From positions 175 to 64,174 of the forward strand of contig CAMVGD010000002.1 in NCBI GenBank assembly GCA_947166925.1: a stretch of 64,000 bases of DNA, written 5' to 3'. Below, one piece after another: positions 33,243 to 45,121 of this stretch; within the stretch, counting starts at the first letter, position 1; each line of letters opens with the position of its first letter. A program made the position numbers and the translations under genes. Source of the DNA: an uncultured Clostridia bacterium (GTDB lineage Bacteria > Bacillota > Clostridia > Christensenellales > CAG-138). The notes beneath the pieces were generated by a model. The model did no database searches. It had not been told where the DNA came from and worked only from the letters and a program-made list of their open reading frames with translations.

Positions 33243-34979
33243 ATGAGTAAGAAAAAATTGACCCCAGCGATCATAAAGCTCGTTCTGGGCTGTATCGCGC
33301 TGGCGGTTGCAGTCATATTCGCAGTGATGCTCGGCCGTTTTCTGAACGGTGAGATTCCTGTGAAATCGCCGTACCGCTCCGGCTCGCTCCTGTTCCGTTA
33401 TGTTTTCTGGCTTGCACTTTCGGGGATCGCCGCCCTGCTGCTTCTCGGTCTGGGGCTGCGCGAGATGATCAAGAGCAGCAAATTCAACGGAATGGCAAAA
33501 GCAAACGGGATCGAGCTAAAGGAAGAAAAGAGCCATCGTCTCCAAGATTTCTTCAAAAAGATCGGACACGGTTTCGTAAACTTTTTCAAAGCGATCGGCA
33601 GAGAAGCGAAGGACATCGTCATGACCTTCATCCACGGCGATTGGAAAACGAAGATTTCCTATCTGGTCATGGGCTTCGGCTGCTTCGCAAGAGGACAGAT
33701 CCTCCGCGGTATTCTGTTCCTTCTGTTCGAGATCGTATTTATCGGCTACATGGTCATCCAGGGCGGCTACTGGCTTTCCATGCTCCCGTCGCTCGGTATC
33801 AACGAACAGCTGACGAACCAGTATGATCCCGTAACCGACAGCTACATCAAGGTTCCCGGCGACAACTCCTTCAAGATTCTGCTTTACGGCGTTCTGACCA
33901 TCTTCTTCATCATCGCGTTCCTCTATACGTGGCGCGTGAACATCAAGCAGAACCGGATCGCGGAAGAAATCCTTAAAAGCGGAAAGAAGCTGAGAAGCGG
34001 AAAGCAGGACCTGCATTCGCTGGTCGACGATCAGTTCCACAAGACCCTGCTTGCGCTGCCGATGACGGGCATCGTCATTTTCACGGTCATGCCGATCGTA
34101 TTCATGATCCTCGTCGCGTTCACCGGATACGACGGGGCTCACAACGGCATGAACAAGCTGTTCCATTGGGAAGGGCTTACGCACTTCAATGAGATCCTGA
34201 ACTGGTCGAGCGGCACGAAATCCTATTCCGCGACGTTCGGCGAGATCCTCGTATGGACGCTGATCTGGGCGGTGTTTGCGACGTTCTCCAACTACTTCCT
34301 CGGCATCCTGGTGGCAATGGGGATCAACAAGAAGGGCATCAAGCTGAAGAAGCTCTGGAGAACCGTGCTGGTCATGACCATCGCGATCCCGCAGTTCATC
34401 TCCCTGATGTTCGTTTCCAAGATGTTCGCGAAGGACGGTCTTATCAACCTGTTCCTGCTCAATCACAACATCATTCAGCTCGGCGGAGAGCTTCCGTTCT
34501 GGGAGGATCCGGTCTGGGCAAGAGTCACGGTCATCATCATCAACATCTGGATCGGCATCCCGTACCTGATGCTGATCGCAACAGGTATTTTGATGAACAT
34601 CCCGGCGGACCTCTACGAATCCGCGAAGATCGACGGCGCAAGCGGCTGGAAGCAGTTCAGCAAGATCACGCTCCCGTACATGCTGTTTATTACGGGTCCG
34701 TATCTGCTGACAAGCTTCATCGGGAACATGAACAACTTCAATGTCATCTTCCTGCTCACAGGCGGCGGGCCGACCAATGCGGCAGGCTCCAGTGCGGCAG
34801 GAAACGCGGGCTATACGGATCTTTTGATCACATGGCTGTACAAGATCACCATGGGTGAGGAAGCAAAGTACTACATGGCTTCCGTCATCGGTATTATGGT
34901 GTTCGTGGTTGTAGGCGTGATCGCACTCATCGTTTACAACGTGCTGCCTTCGGTCAAGAATGAGGAGGATTTCCAATGA
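33243..34979 (+). CDS. Sugar ABC transporter permease (MalF/GanP-like, long N-terminal extension)
   Basis: 578 aa. Polytopic, with the EAA-type loop DLYESAKIDGASGWKQFSKITLP. Confidence 0.85.
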   Translation: MSKKKLTPAIIKLVLGCIALAVAVIFAVMLGRFLNGEIPVKSPYRSGSLLFRYVFWLALSGIAALLLLGLGLREMIKSSKFNGMAKANGIELKEEKSHRLQDFFKKIGHGFVNFFKAIGREAKDIVMTFIHGDWKTKISYLVMGFGCFARGQILRGILFLLFEIVFIGYMVIQGGYWLSMLPSLGINEQLTNQYDPVTDSYIKVPGDNSFKILLYGVLTIFFIIAFLYTWRVNIKQNRIAEEILKSGKKLRSGKQDLHSLVDDQFHKTLLALPMTGIVIFTVMPIVFMILVAFTGYDGAHNGMNKLFHWEGLTHFNEILNWSSGTKSYSATFGEILVWTLIWAVFATFSNYFLGILVAMGINKKGIKLKKLWRTVLVMTIAIPQFISLMFVSKMFAKDGLINLFLLNHNIIQLGGELPFWEDPVWARVTVIIINIWIGIPYLMLIATGILMNIPADLYESAKIDGASGWKQFSKITLPYMLFITGPYLLTSFIGNMNNFNVIFLLTGGGPTNAAGSSAAGNAGYTDLLITWLYKITMGEEAKYYMASVIGIMVFVVVGVIALIVYNVLPSVKNEEDFQ

Positions 34980-35863
34980 GCAAACAGGATATCACCTACG
35001 GCACGCAGAAGCGTCATATGGGCATGCGCGCAGCGAAGACGCTTTCCAACACGGCGGTATACATCATCCTTGCGGTGATCAGCGTCATTTGGCTAATCCC
35101 CTTCGTGTTTATCGTGCTTGAATCGTTCCGCTGCGAGTGTCACTATCAGGTCGGTTACATCATTCCGCAAAAGTGGGGATTCACGAACTATATCGAACTG
35201 TTCCAGAAAACCGACTTCCCCAAATGGTATCTCAACACCTTCATCATCGCGCTGTTTACGGCCGTGATCCAGACGTTCATCGTTCTGTGCATGAGCTACA
35301 CGCTTTCGCGCTTCCGCTTCAAAATGCGTAAAGCGCTGATGCAGTTCATGCTGATCCTGGGCTTCTTCCCCGGCATGCTGACGATGATCATCCTGTATCG
35401 TGTTTTGAAGGATATCGGCCTTACGCAGGAGCATGCCGTTCCCGGCCTGATCCTCGTCTATGTTGCGTCGTCCGGCATGGGCTACTACGTATCGAAGGGC
35501 TTCTTCGACACGATCCCGAAATCGCTGGACGAAGCGGCGCGTATCGACGGTGCGACAAGAGCGCAGGTCCTGTTCCGGATCATCCTGCCTCTGGCAAAGC
35601 CGATCGTCATCTATACGATCCTGACGGCATTCATGGCGCCTTGGGGCGACTTCGTATTCGCGAAGTACATCTCCTTCGGCGCATCGGCCGGCATGAACGT
35701 TGCAGTCGGTTTGAACAGCTTCCTGTCGCTGGATCAGATCATGAACAAGTACACACTGTTCTGCGCCGGCGGCGTCGTCGTTGCGATCCCGGTCGTGATC
35801 CTGTTCCTGTGCCTGCAGAGGTACTATGTGGAAGGCGTCACGGGCGGCGCGGTCAAGGGTTAA
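34976..35863 (+). CDS. Sugar ABC transporter permease (MalG/GanQ-like)
   Basis: 295 aa. LDEAARIDGATRAQVLFRIILPLAKP EAA loop. Start overlaps the upstream stop. Confidence 0.9.
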   Translation: MSKQDITYGTQKRHMGMRAAKTLSNTAVYIILAVISVIWLIPFVFIVLESFRCECHYQVGYIIPQKWGFTNYIELFQKTDFPKWYLNTFIIALFTAVIQTFIVLCMSYTLSRFRFKMRKALMQFMLILGFFPGMLTMIILYRVLKDIGLTQEHAVPGLILVYVASSGMGYYVSKGFFDTIPKSLDEAARIDGATRAQVLFRIILPLAKPIVIYTILTAFMAPWGDFVFAKYISFGASAGMNVAVGLNSFLSLDQIMNKYTLFCAGGVVVAIPVVILFLCLQRYYVEGVTGGAVKG

Positions 35864-35900
35864 GCCCGAACTCTAACGTGAAGAAAAGGAGTACACCGAT

Positions 35901-37034
<1,134 letters not shown>

Positions 37035-37047
37035 CAGTCAGTACACG

Positions 37048-37077
37048 AAAGCGGGCGGGAAACTGCCCGCTTTTTTC
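37048..37077 (+). terminator. Terminator after the ABC ATPase gene
   Basis: AAAGCGGGC-gggaaact-GCCCGCTTTTTT. Confidence 0.75.
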
Positions 37078-37154
37078 TCGTTTTTGCCAAGATGCGCCTT
37101 GTTTCAAAGTGCGCGGTATGATACAATACAATATCATATACACGGAGGATCCGC

Positions 37155-39554
37155 TTGATGAAAAAGCTCAGTAACGGATGGGAATTCACACCGATGTGGA
37201 CGAACGGTTTTCGTCTCGGCGAAGGCGAGGGCGAGCCGGTCCGGCTGCCGCATAATCCGCGCCCGATCCCGCAGCACTATGCGGGACCGGAGGACTATGA
37301 GGGCGTCTACGGCTATCGCAAAACGCTTCCGCTCGACGAAACGCTGCGCGGCAGGCGGCTGTTTTTGCAGTTCGACGGCGCGGCGCACATTGCGACGGTA
37401 TTCGTCAACGGCAAAGAGCTTGTGACGCACCGCACCGGCTACACCGCGTTCCGCGTGGAGATCACGAACGCCGTGCGGCTCGACGGCACGGATCTTGTCG
37501 CCGTGCGGCTCGATTCGACCGAGAATCCGGAGATCCCGCCGTTCGGCTACGTCATCGACTATCTGACTTACGGCGGGCTGTACCGCGACGTATGGCTGGA
37601 TGTCCGGAACCCGGTCTGCATCGCGAACGTATTCGTGACGACGCCGAATCTGCATACAGCAAAGATCCAGACCACGGTCTCCGGCGCCGCCGCGCTCATT
37701 CGCCAGCGCATTCTGAACGCCGCGGGGGAATGCATCGCGCAGAATGCCGACGCAAACACCGATTCGGTCGTCAAAGCGCCGGAGGATCTGTTCGTATGGA
37801 CGACGACCGTACACGCGCCGGACGCGCTTCCGTGGACTGCGGAGGAGCCGAATCTCTATACCGTCGAGACGGCGCTGTACGATGCGGACATGCAGGAGCT
37901 TGACGTGATCAGAACGCGCTTCGGCTTCCGCACTGCGGAGTTCAGAAAGGACGGATTCTACCTGAACGGCAAGCGCACCTTCTTAAGAGGGCTCGACCGC
38001 CATCAGGCGTACCCGTACATCGGCTACGCCGCGCCGGAAAGCCTGCAGCGCGAGGACGCGCGGATCCTCAAGGAGGAGCTTTGCTGCAATGCCGTGCGCA
38101 CCTCGCACTATCCGCAGAGCCAGTACTTCATCGACGCCTGCGACGAGCTGGGACTTCTGGTGTTCACCGAGATCCCGGGCTGGCAGCACATCGGCGACGA
38201 GGACTGGCAGAAGCAGGCGATCGACAACGTGCGCGAAATGGTGCTCCAGTACCGCAACCATCCGTCAATCGTGCTGTGGGGCGTCCGCATCAACGAGAGC
38301 CGCGACAACGATCGGCTCTATGTGGAGACCAACAAGCTTGCGCATTTTCTCGATCCGTCGCGGCAGACGTCCGGCGTCCGCTACCTTGTCAAGAGCAATC
38401 TTTTAGAGGACGTCTACGCCTACAACGATTTCAAGCCGTTCGATTTTTCGGACCCGATCCGTAAAAAGGACAAGATCACGACCGATCCGGAAAAGGGCTA
38501 TCTGATCTACGCGTACATCACCTATATTCTCTACGGCATGTTCCCGACAAAGCCCTATGATCCGTGGAGCAAGCGGCAGATGCACGCGCTGCGCCACGCC
38601 CGCACGCTTGACGCGGCGACGGCGTCCGGCGAGCACGCCGGCTGCTTCGGCTGGTGCATGTTCGATTATCCGACGCACAAGGACTTCGGCTCCGGCGACC
38701 GCGTCTGCTATCACGGCGTCATGGACGCGTTCCGCAATCCGAAACTCGCCGCATACGCGTACGCAAGCCAGGGCGACGAAACGCCGGTGCTTGCGCTCGG
38801 CACGCCGATGTGCATCGGCGACTATCCCGCGGGCGAGATCGGCGAAATCTGGGCATTCTCGAACGCCGAACGCGTCGCGCTGTATAAGAACGACAAGCTC
38901 GTGAAGATCTTCAAGCCGGAGCCCTGGAAGGGCCTGCAGCATCCGCCGTTCCGGATCGACGATCTCATCGGTCAGCTTCTGATCAGCGAGGAGGGCATTA
39001 CCGGCAAGAAGGAGGCGCTTCTGCACCGCGAGCTTCTGGCGGCGGGCAAGTACGGGCTCGAAAAGATGCCGCTCGCGGACAAGCTGCGCATGCTGTACTG
39101 CATGAAGCGCTATCATCTTTCGTGGGCGGACGGCGAGGAGCTTTACGGCAAGTACGTCGGCAACTGGGGCGGTTCCGCAACCGAATGGCGCTTCGACGCG
39201 CTGGACGGCGAAAAGGTGATCGCTTCCGTATTGTGCAAGCCGAGCAAAAAGCTGCATCTCGAGGTCAAAGTCAGCGGTACGGAGCTCAAAGAGGGCGAGG
39301 GATACGACGCGGCGGCGATCCGCGTACGCGTGCTCGACGGCAGCGGCAATCTCGCGCCTTACGCGCAGCTTCCGATCCGCTTTGCAGTCTCGGGCGATCT
39401 TGCCCTGATCGGTCCCGACACGGCGACAGCGGAGGGCGGCATGACCGGCGCCTATGTAAAGACCGTCGGACACGGCGGCGAAGGCGTTCTTACGATATCC
39501 TCGGAGCAGACCGCTCCGGTTTCGATCCACTTTAACATTACGGAGGGAGAATAA
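37155..39554 (+). CDS. Glycoside hydrolase family 2 (beta-galactosidase-like)
   Basis: GH2 sugar-binding N-terminus. TIM-barrel motifs NAVRTSHYPQ, NHPSIVLWGVRINES, FTEIPGW. Confidence 0.8.
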   Translation: MMKKLSNGWEFTPMWTNGFRLGEGEGEPVRLPHNPRPIPQHYAGPEDYEGVYGYRKTLPLDETLRGRRLFLQFDGAAHIATVFVNGKELVTHRTGYTAFRVEITNAVRLDGTDLVAVRLDSTENPEIPPFGYVIDYLTYGGLYRDVWLDVRNPVCIANVFVTTPNLHTAKIQTTVSGAAALIRQRILNAAGECIAQNADANTDSVVKAPEDLFVWTTTVHAPDALPWTAEEPNLYTVETALYDADMQELDVIRTRFGFRTAEFRKDGFYLNGKRTFLRGLDRHQAYPYIGYAAPESLQREDARILKEELCCNAVRTSHYPQSQYFIDACDELGLLVFTEIPGWQHIGDEDWQKQAIDNVREMVLQYRNHPSIVLWGVRINESRDNDRLYVETNKLAHFLDPSRQTSGVRYLVKSNLLEDVYAYNDFKPFDFSDPIRKKDKITTDPEKGYLIYAYITYILYGMFPTKPYDPWSKRQMHALRHARTLDAATASGEHAGCFGWCMFDYPTHKDFGSGDRVCYHGVMDAFRNPKLAAYAYASQGDETPVLALGTPMCIGDYPAGEIGEIWAFSNAERVALYKNDKLVKIFKPEPWKGLQHPPFRIDDLIGQLLISEEGITGKKEALLHRELLAAGKYGLEKMPLADKLRMLYCMKRYHLSWADGEELYGKYVGNWGGSATEWRFDALDGEKVIASVLCKPSKKLHLEVKVSGTELKEGEGYDAAAIRVRVLDGSGNLAPYAQLPIRFAVSGDLALIGPDTATAEGGMTGAYVKTVGHGGEGVLTISSEQTAPVSIHFNITEGE

Positions 39555-39558
39555 CAGC

Positions 39559-41142
39559 ATGGAACGGATCCTGAACTACAAGGTTGAAACGGAAACCGGC
39601 GCGCCGCTCACCGGCAGCGTCAAAGCGGACGGCGTCGTGCACGTGATCGTGCCGCTCAAAAACGCGCGGCTCAAAAAGGTCACGGCAACGGTCTCGCTTC
39701 CGGCGACGCCGACGACGCACATCTTCCATAACGGCTACCAGAACTGGACCTACAGCCCGGAATACGACATTCACGGCCGTACCAGAGGCTTAAAGCATCT
39801 GCCGTGCTTCTTGCGCGGGGCGTTCGACATCAACCGTTACGGCGACTACCATTTCGTGAAATACCCCTATAAGAAAGGGATCACGCACGGCGAGTCCTGG
39901 TGCTATCTCCGCGACGGCAAGCGGTTTCTGCTGTTCGGTTCGCTCGACGAGATCCCGGGCTACACGCTGTTCACCTATGACGCGAACAAGGGCGTTCTGA
40001 CCCTCGAGCGCGACTGCGCCGGCATGAAGGCGGACGGCGAGTTCCACGCGTTCGACCTCTATATCGCGGAGGGCACGGAGCAGGAGGTCTTCGACGGCTG
40101 GTTTGCGGCAATGGACGTCCATCCGCTGACCGACAAAAAGATGTTCGGCTATTCGAGCTGGTACAACCGCTATCAGGACATCAACGACGCGACGATCACC
40201 GACGACCTCATCGGCGCAAAGACGCTGCTCCGGGAGGGCGATCTCTTTCAGATCGACGATGGCTGGGAGACTGCGGTCGGCGACTGGCTTGTGCCGGATG
40301 CAACGAAATTCCCGAACGGACTCAAGAACGCCGCCGACGCGATCCATGAAGCGGGCTTCCGCGCGGGGCTGTGGCTTGCGCCGTTCGTCTGTCAGAAGGG
40401 CTCGAAGATCATGGAGGAGCATCCGGACTGGCTGCTTCTGCACGACGGCAAGCCGTGGTCGGACGGCTCGAACTGGGGCGGCTTCTATTCGCTTGACATC
40501 GACAATCCCGAGGTCGTGGCATATGTGCAGAAAGTCCTCGACCGCGTGCTGAACGAGTGGGGCTTTGACCTTGTGAAGCTCGACTTCCTCTACGGCGCGG
40601 CGCCGTTCGGCACCGAGACCGAATCCCGCGCGGCGCGTATGTGCCGGGCGATGAACATCCTCCGGAAAGCCTGCCGCGGCAAGCAGATCTTAGGCTGCGG
40701 CGTTCCGCTGTGGCCGGCGTTCGGCATCGTCGAATACTGCCGCGTGGGCTGCGACGTCGGGCTTGACTGGAACGACACGAAGCTCATGCAGATCACGCAC
40801 CGCGAGCGCGTCTCGACCAAGCAGTCGATCGAGGACACGACCTTCCGCCGTCAGCTCACCAAGCGCGCGTTCATGGGCGATCCCGACGTATTCTTCCTGC
40901 GCGAGGGCAACTGCAAGCTCACGCCCGAGGAGAAGGAAAAGCTCTATACGGTCAACGCGCTTTTAGGCGGCATGCTTCTGACCTCCGACGCGCTGAACCA
41001 GTACACCGACGAAAAGAAGGCGCAGTTTGCGCACGTCCGCGCTCTCATGGAGCACGCGACCGACGTCACCGTCGACGCGGACAACGGACTTGTCCTGCGC
41101 TGGACCTTGGAAGGCAAGCAGAACGAGCTTCGCATCCTGTAA
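39559..41142 (+). CDS. Alpha-galactosidase-like glycoside hydrolase (GH36-related, short form)
   Basis: FQIDDGWETAVGDW, GLWLAPF and KLDFLY motifs are characteristic of the GH27/36 clan. Subfamily not resolved. Confidence 0.6.
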   Translation: MERILNYKVETETGAPLTGSVKADGVVHVIVPLKNARLKKVTATVSLPATPTTHIFHNGYQNWTYSPEYDIHGRTRGLKHLPCFLRGAFDINRYGDYHFVKYPYKKGITHGESWCYLRDGKRFLLFGSLDEIPGYTLFTYDANKGVLTLERDCAGMKADGEFHAFDLYIAEGTEQEVFDGWFAAMDVHPLTDKKMFGYSSWYNRYQDINDATITDDLIGAKTLLREGDLFQIDDGWETAVGDWLVPDATKFPNGLKNAADAIHEAGFRAGLWLAPFVCQKGSKIMEEHPDWLLLHDGKPWSDGSNWGGFYSLDIDNPEVVAYVQKVLDRVLNEWGFDLVKLDFLYGAAPFGTETESRAARMCRAMNILRKACRGKQILGCGVPLWPAFGIVEYCRVGCDVGLDWNDTKLMQITHRERVSTKQSIEDTTFRRQLTKRAFMGDPDVFFLREGNCKLTPEEKEKLYTVNALLGGMLLTSDALNQYTDEKKAQFAHVRALMEHATDVTVDADNGLVLRWTLEGKQNELRIL

Positions 41143-41156
41143 AACCGTAACAAAAA

Positions 41157-41190
41157 CAGCGCCTCGCAAAAGCGGGGCGCTGAATCGTTT
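41157..41190. terminator. Terminator between convergent genes
   Basis: CAGCGCCTCGC-aaaa-GCGGGGCGCTG followed by aatcGTTTTT. Confidence 0.65.
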
Positions 41191-41198
41191 TTGGAGTT

Positions 41199-41936
41199 TT
41201 ATTCCGCGTATGTGGTCATTCTACGGATGAGATCGAAGCAGAGGGTGAAGATATCCTCGCGGTTCTCGTCCATGACGTGCTCGATCACGACGTCGTTGAC
41301 CACGCCGGTCATGCCGGTGCTGTAGTTGGTGATCATGCCGAGCGCGGCGTATTCGATGCCGAGGTCGCAGCACAGCGGCGCTTCGGGCACGATGCTCTGA
41401 CCGACGACCTGCGCGCCGAGCATACGGAGCGCGCGCGCTTCCGCGGCGGTCTCAAAGCGCGGACCTTCGAGGCAGGCATAGACGGCTCTGCCGGAATACG
41501 GGAAGCCGTGCTGACGGATGAGCTCCTCCAATACGGTGTTCAGGGATTCGCTGAACACGTTCTCCATGCCGGTGTGCAGTGCGGGACGGTGCTCGCGCTC
41601 GAACGAGGAGGGACGACCCTTGGTGAAATCCATAAAGTCGTTGATGAGGCAGTATTCGCCGAGTCGCATGGAATAGTCGCATGCGCCGACCGAGGTCACG
41701 CCGATCGCGTGGGTGACGCCGATCTGATGCAGCGCATAGACGTTGGCGCGATAGTTGATGTCGCCCGGATCGTGCGCGTACAGAATGCCGTGACGGGAGA
41801 GGAAAATAACCTCGTTGCCCTCTTTGAGCTTGCCCTTGAACACGACGACGTCGCCGTAAGGTGTGGAAACCGCCTGCTCCTTGTAACGGATCGGGAGCGT
41901 TTCGATATTGGTACCGCCGATGATCGCGATTTTCAT
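41199..41936 (-). CDS. MTAP-family purine/5'-methylthio-nucleoside phosphorylase
   Basis: MKIAIIGGT...FLSRHG...ANVYALHQIGVTHAIGVTSVGA...VGQSIVPEA is typical of the PNP/MTAP family-2. Start moved to ATG 41936. Confidence 0.75.
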   Translation of the reverse strand: MKIAIIGGTNIETLPIRYKEQAVSTPYGDVVVFKGKLKEGNEVIFLSRHGILYAHDPGDINYRANVYALHQIGVTHAIGVTSVGACDYSMRLGEYCLINDFMDFTKGRPSSFEREHRPALHTGMENVFSESLNTVLEELIRQHGFPYSGRAVYACLEGPRFETAAEARALRMLGAQVVGQSIVPEAPLCCDLGIEYAALGMITNYSTGMTGVVNDVVIEHVMDENREDIFTLCFDLIRRMTTYAE

Positions 41937-42070
41937 GATCTTCGAGATCCTCCGTATGAAATTTGCGTCTCTATCATAGCACAGCACCGCCCAAAAGACA
42001 AGCGGACAGGGGAATATATTCGACATTTTTCGCACGAAAAAGGAGCGGCGATTGTTGCCGCTCCCGGTCG

Positions 42071-43696
42071 TCACTTTTCGTCGCTGACATGCAGCGTGAT
42101 CGCAAATTCCGGATAAGCGACCCGATCGCCGCTGTAGTTGACCGGCGTTCCGCGTTCCACGGAGCTTTCGAAAAACGACCCGTTCGGCGCGATCGGCACG
42201 GTCTTGATAAGCTCCTGCGACCCATCCGGCAGGACCTTGTAGATATGTGCCCCGGTCATGAAATCGAGCGCCGGCGTCAGCGTGATCGTCTGCATGCGGT
42301 GGATGCGGTTATACGGGATCACATCCGAAATGCGGAGATCCAGCACATAGTTGCCGCTGTCGGTGCGTTCGACGGTTCCGCCGAAATCCACGAGGAGATC
42401 ACCGTCGATTACCGTATCAAAGGAGAGATTCCTTGCAAAGGCGTATTTCATCTCCTCGCTCCATTCATCGGGCATGGATACAAGGATCTTAAGATCGCGG
42501 ACGCCGAAGATGTCGACGACGCCCGGAGAGGTGACGCGCAGCGTAACGCCGTCGAGGTTCGCCGTATAGTTTGTCACACTGAACCGATTCTCGGCATCAA
42601 ACGTGTTTCCGCAAAAAACGGCTTCACCGGAAAGCGCGATCGGCTCCGGAGGCATTTCGATATAGCGCCGCGTCACGTCTTTGTAGGTTTTCATATCCAC
42701 TTTGACCGTGCCCAGGTCGACGTCGAGCTTCGTCTCCGTTTCTTCTCCGTGGTCGATCGACGCCTGATAGTTCACATGCAGCGTAAGATACCCGTCCGCG
42801 TCGATGTAATCGGCAAGCGTTTTGCCGTTGTCCGGCCGGAACCGGTATTCGGAGGGATCTGCGATATGTATGTTTGCGACGGCGCGCATGCCGTTTGTTT
42901 TCACATGTTCCCATCCGCGTTCCCGCAAAGCCTTTGCCGATTCCTCCGTAAAATGCTCCGGATAGCCGAATTCGTCAAGGTACGCCTTCTGGAACGCATT
43001 GTCGACCGGACGTCTTGCAAGCTCCATCCAGCCCGAAAGCTGTTCTCCGTCCGCAAGCGTCAGCAGGAGGAAATTGTCCGGTCCGTTCCACTGCTCCCTT
43101 GCGCCGGAAAGATAGGCGGAGACGTCGGCGTTGTCGTCAAAAAACATGTGCACATTCTCGGGCGGGACCTTTTCGGAAAGCAGTGTCGGCATTGGTTCGC
43201 CGGGCGCTATATTCGCACCCCACTCGTTTTCATACATTGCATAGCCGGACAGCCCGTCGAAGTCGACAGAGATATAGATCGCATTTCCGTCGTAGACCGT
43301 TTCGCCGAGCGTGGCGGAGAAGTTCTCTCCGATCTCCCGCCAGTACGGTTCGTCGGCGCAATAGTTCACCTTAATCTCAGTGTGATTCAGATCCTTTGCG
43401 GTGATCATGGCGTCCAGCTCGGGGACCGGTTCGCGGTCCGCGGGATCGGCGGAAAGATAATCCCCCGCGGTTGCGGGTGAAAACCAGCGCATCACCTCGG
43501 CGCGTGCCTGCGGGATCATCATCGTTATTGTAGCGATCAGCACAAGCGACGCGATCGCGGTCAGCACAGGCGTGAGCACGCGTGCAAGGACGTCTCGTTT
43601 CTTGTTCGGCGCTTCCTTTTTTACGCCGCGCTTTATTTTGTCGTCGTCAAGGATCAGATTCCTGACGACGCGTTCAAACAAATCCTTTTCATTCAT
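42071..43696 (-). CDS. Putative anti-sigma factor: short cytoplasmic N-terminus, one TM, ~470-aa extracytoplasmic domain of unknown fold
   Basis: ATG 43696 overlaps the sigma gene end by 8 nt. TM is VLTPVLTAIASLVLIATITMMI. The track ORF 42071..44029 is over-extended. Confidence 0.6.
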   Translation of the reverse strand: MNEKDLFERVVRNLILDDDKIKRGVKKEAPNKKRDVLARVLTPVLTAIASLVLIATITMMIPQARAEVMRWFSPATAGDYLSADPADREPVPELDAMITAKDLNHTEIKVNYCADEPYWREIGENFSATLGETVYDGNAIYISVDFDGLSGYAMYENEWGANIAPGEPMPTLLSEKVPPENVHMFFDDNADVSAYLSGAREQWNGPDNFLLLTLADGEQLSGWMELARRPVDNAFQKAYLDEFGYPEHFTEESAKALRERGWEHVKTNGMRAVANIHIADPSEYRFRPDNGKTLADYIDADGYLTLHVNYQASIDHGEETETKLDVDLGTVKVDMKTYKDVTRRYIEMPPEPIALSGEAVFCGNTFDAENRFSVTNYTANLDGVTLRVTSPGVVDIFGVRDLKILVSMPDEWSEEMKYAFARNLSFDTVIDGDLLVDFGGTVERTDSGNYVLDLRISDVIPYNRIHRMQTITLTPALDFMTGAHIYKVLPDGSQELIKTVPIAPNGSFFESSVERGTPVNYSGDRVAYPEFAITLHVSDEK

Positions 43697-44228
43697 GGGG
43701 AACTCCTTTCTGTTCCGCTGCGGGAACATTTTGCTGTTCAAATAGATATGCCCGAAGCCGCGCTCTGGTCCGCGACAGGCGCTTTCGCACGGCGTCCTCG
43801 GAAAGTCCGAGCAGCTTTGCGATCTCGTCGGTCGGGACCGAAAGCCCGTAGTACAGCGTGAACGCCTGATACGACAGAAGCGGCTCCGTGCGGATGAGAT
43901 CCCAGATCTCCCGCTCGCGCTCGCGATCGAGCACGATATCCTCGGGCTCCGGTCCCTCGTCGGGCACCTGATCCGGGATCGCCTGTTCGGTCTCCCGCAC
44001 TCTCGCGTGATGGCGGTAGTACTTCGCAAGCTCCTTTTTTGCTATGCCGAATACGTACTTTTCGGGCGCGCGGATACCGGATCCGGTCATCTTCCGATAC
44101 AGCCTTCGATAGATCTCCTGCATAAGATCCTCGACGTCGGCGGCGGACCGGACGCGCGGGATCAGCCATTTAAGGAGCGCGTCGCGCGTTGCGTCATAGA
44201 CGCGGTTGAATGCTTCGTGTTGTTCCAT
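43689..44228 (-). CDS. ECF-type sigma-70 family RNA polymerase sigma factor
   Basis: 179 aa. Region 2 (DVEDLMQEIYRRLY) and region 4 HTH (IAKLLGLSEDAVRKRLSRTRARL). Confidence 0.85.
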   Translation of the reverse strand: MEQHEAFNRVYDATRDALLKWLIPRVRSAADVEDLMQEIYRRLYRKMTGSGIRAPEKYVFGIAKKELAKYYRHHARVRETEQAIPDQVPDEGPEPEDIVLDREREREIWDLIRTEPLLSYQAFTLYYGLSVPTDEIAKLLGLSEDAVRKRLSRTRARLRAYLFEQQNVPAAEQKGVPHE

Positions 44229-44336
44229 AGATACCTCTCAAAACCGGTTTCACCCTATAAGAGCCCCGCAGAGCGAAAAACCGGACATGATTTTTGAAAA
44301 AAGAACGCACCGGTTTGTGCCGGTGCGATCGGAAAC

Positions 44337-45002
44337 TCAGTTTGCGCGGTTGATCGCGCGGATCAGCGGGATGGCGTCGTCGAGGACGGGCAGCACCGCG
44401 TCGGGCTTGAAATCAAGCCGGGGGACCGGGTCGATGAGATCCGGCACGCAGACCGAAAAGAATCCGCCGGCGTGCGCGGCTTTCAGACCGTTTACCGAAT
44501 CCTCGAAGACGGCGGTTTCTTCCGGCGTTCCGCCGAGCGCGCTGCAAGCGAGCCGGAAGATCTCCGGGTCCGGCTTGCCGTGCGTGACCTGATCGCCGAA
44601 CGCGAACGCGTCGAAGTAACGGAGCGTGTCCGTGCGGCGGAGGTATTCCAAAGCGATCGGACGGCTTGTGCCGGTCGCAAGCGCGATTTTGATCCCGTCC
44701 GCCCTGAGCGCGTCCAAAAGCGCATAGAGCCCCGGCTTGACCGGTACGCCGTGCGCTTCCATTTCACGGGTCATCCAGTCCGCGATCATCGCGTAGCACG
44801 CGTCGAACGGGATCGCCGTGCCGAACAGCGCGGGGAACATGCGTTCAAAGTCCGCATGGTTGCAGCCGAGCGTTTTGAGAATGTTTTCGCGCGGGAATGC
44901 GACGCCGGTCTTCGGCGCGACATATTCTTCGAGCGCGCGCACATAGAGCCGTTCGGTATCGAACATCAGCCCGTCCATATCAAAGATCACGCATTTGATC
45001 AT
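44337..45002 (-). CDS. HAD-superfamily hydrolase (beta-phosphoglucomutase-like subfamily IA)
   Basis: MIKCVIFDMDGLMFDTE (DxDG motif I) and later ED(S) motif IV. Start at ATG 45002 preceded by GGAGG. Confidence 0.8.
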   Translation of the reverse strand: MIKCVIFDMDGLMFDTERLYVRALEEYVAPKTGVAFPRENILKTLGCNHADFERMFPALFGTAIPFDACYAMIADWMTREMEAHGVPVKPGLYALLDALRADGIKIALATGTSRPIALEYLRRTDTLRYFDAFAFGDQVTHGKPDPEIFRLACSALGGTPEETAVFEDSVNGLKAAHAGGFFSVCVPDLIDPVPRLDFKPDAVLPVLDDAIPLIRAINRAN

Positions 45003-45121
45003 AACAGCCTCCAGATTCATCTCATTATACCGAAAAAAGACGCGTTTTGCAACGGCTGTCGTTTGACAAGGCGCCGCATGGCATATTATAATGGAATCAG
45101 CAAAAACCGGGAGGAAATGAT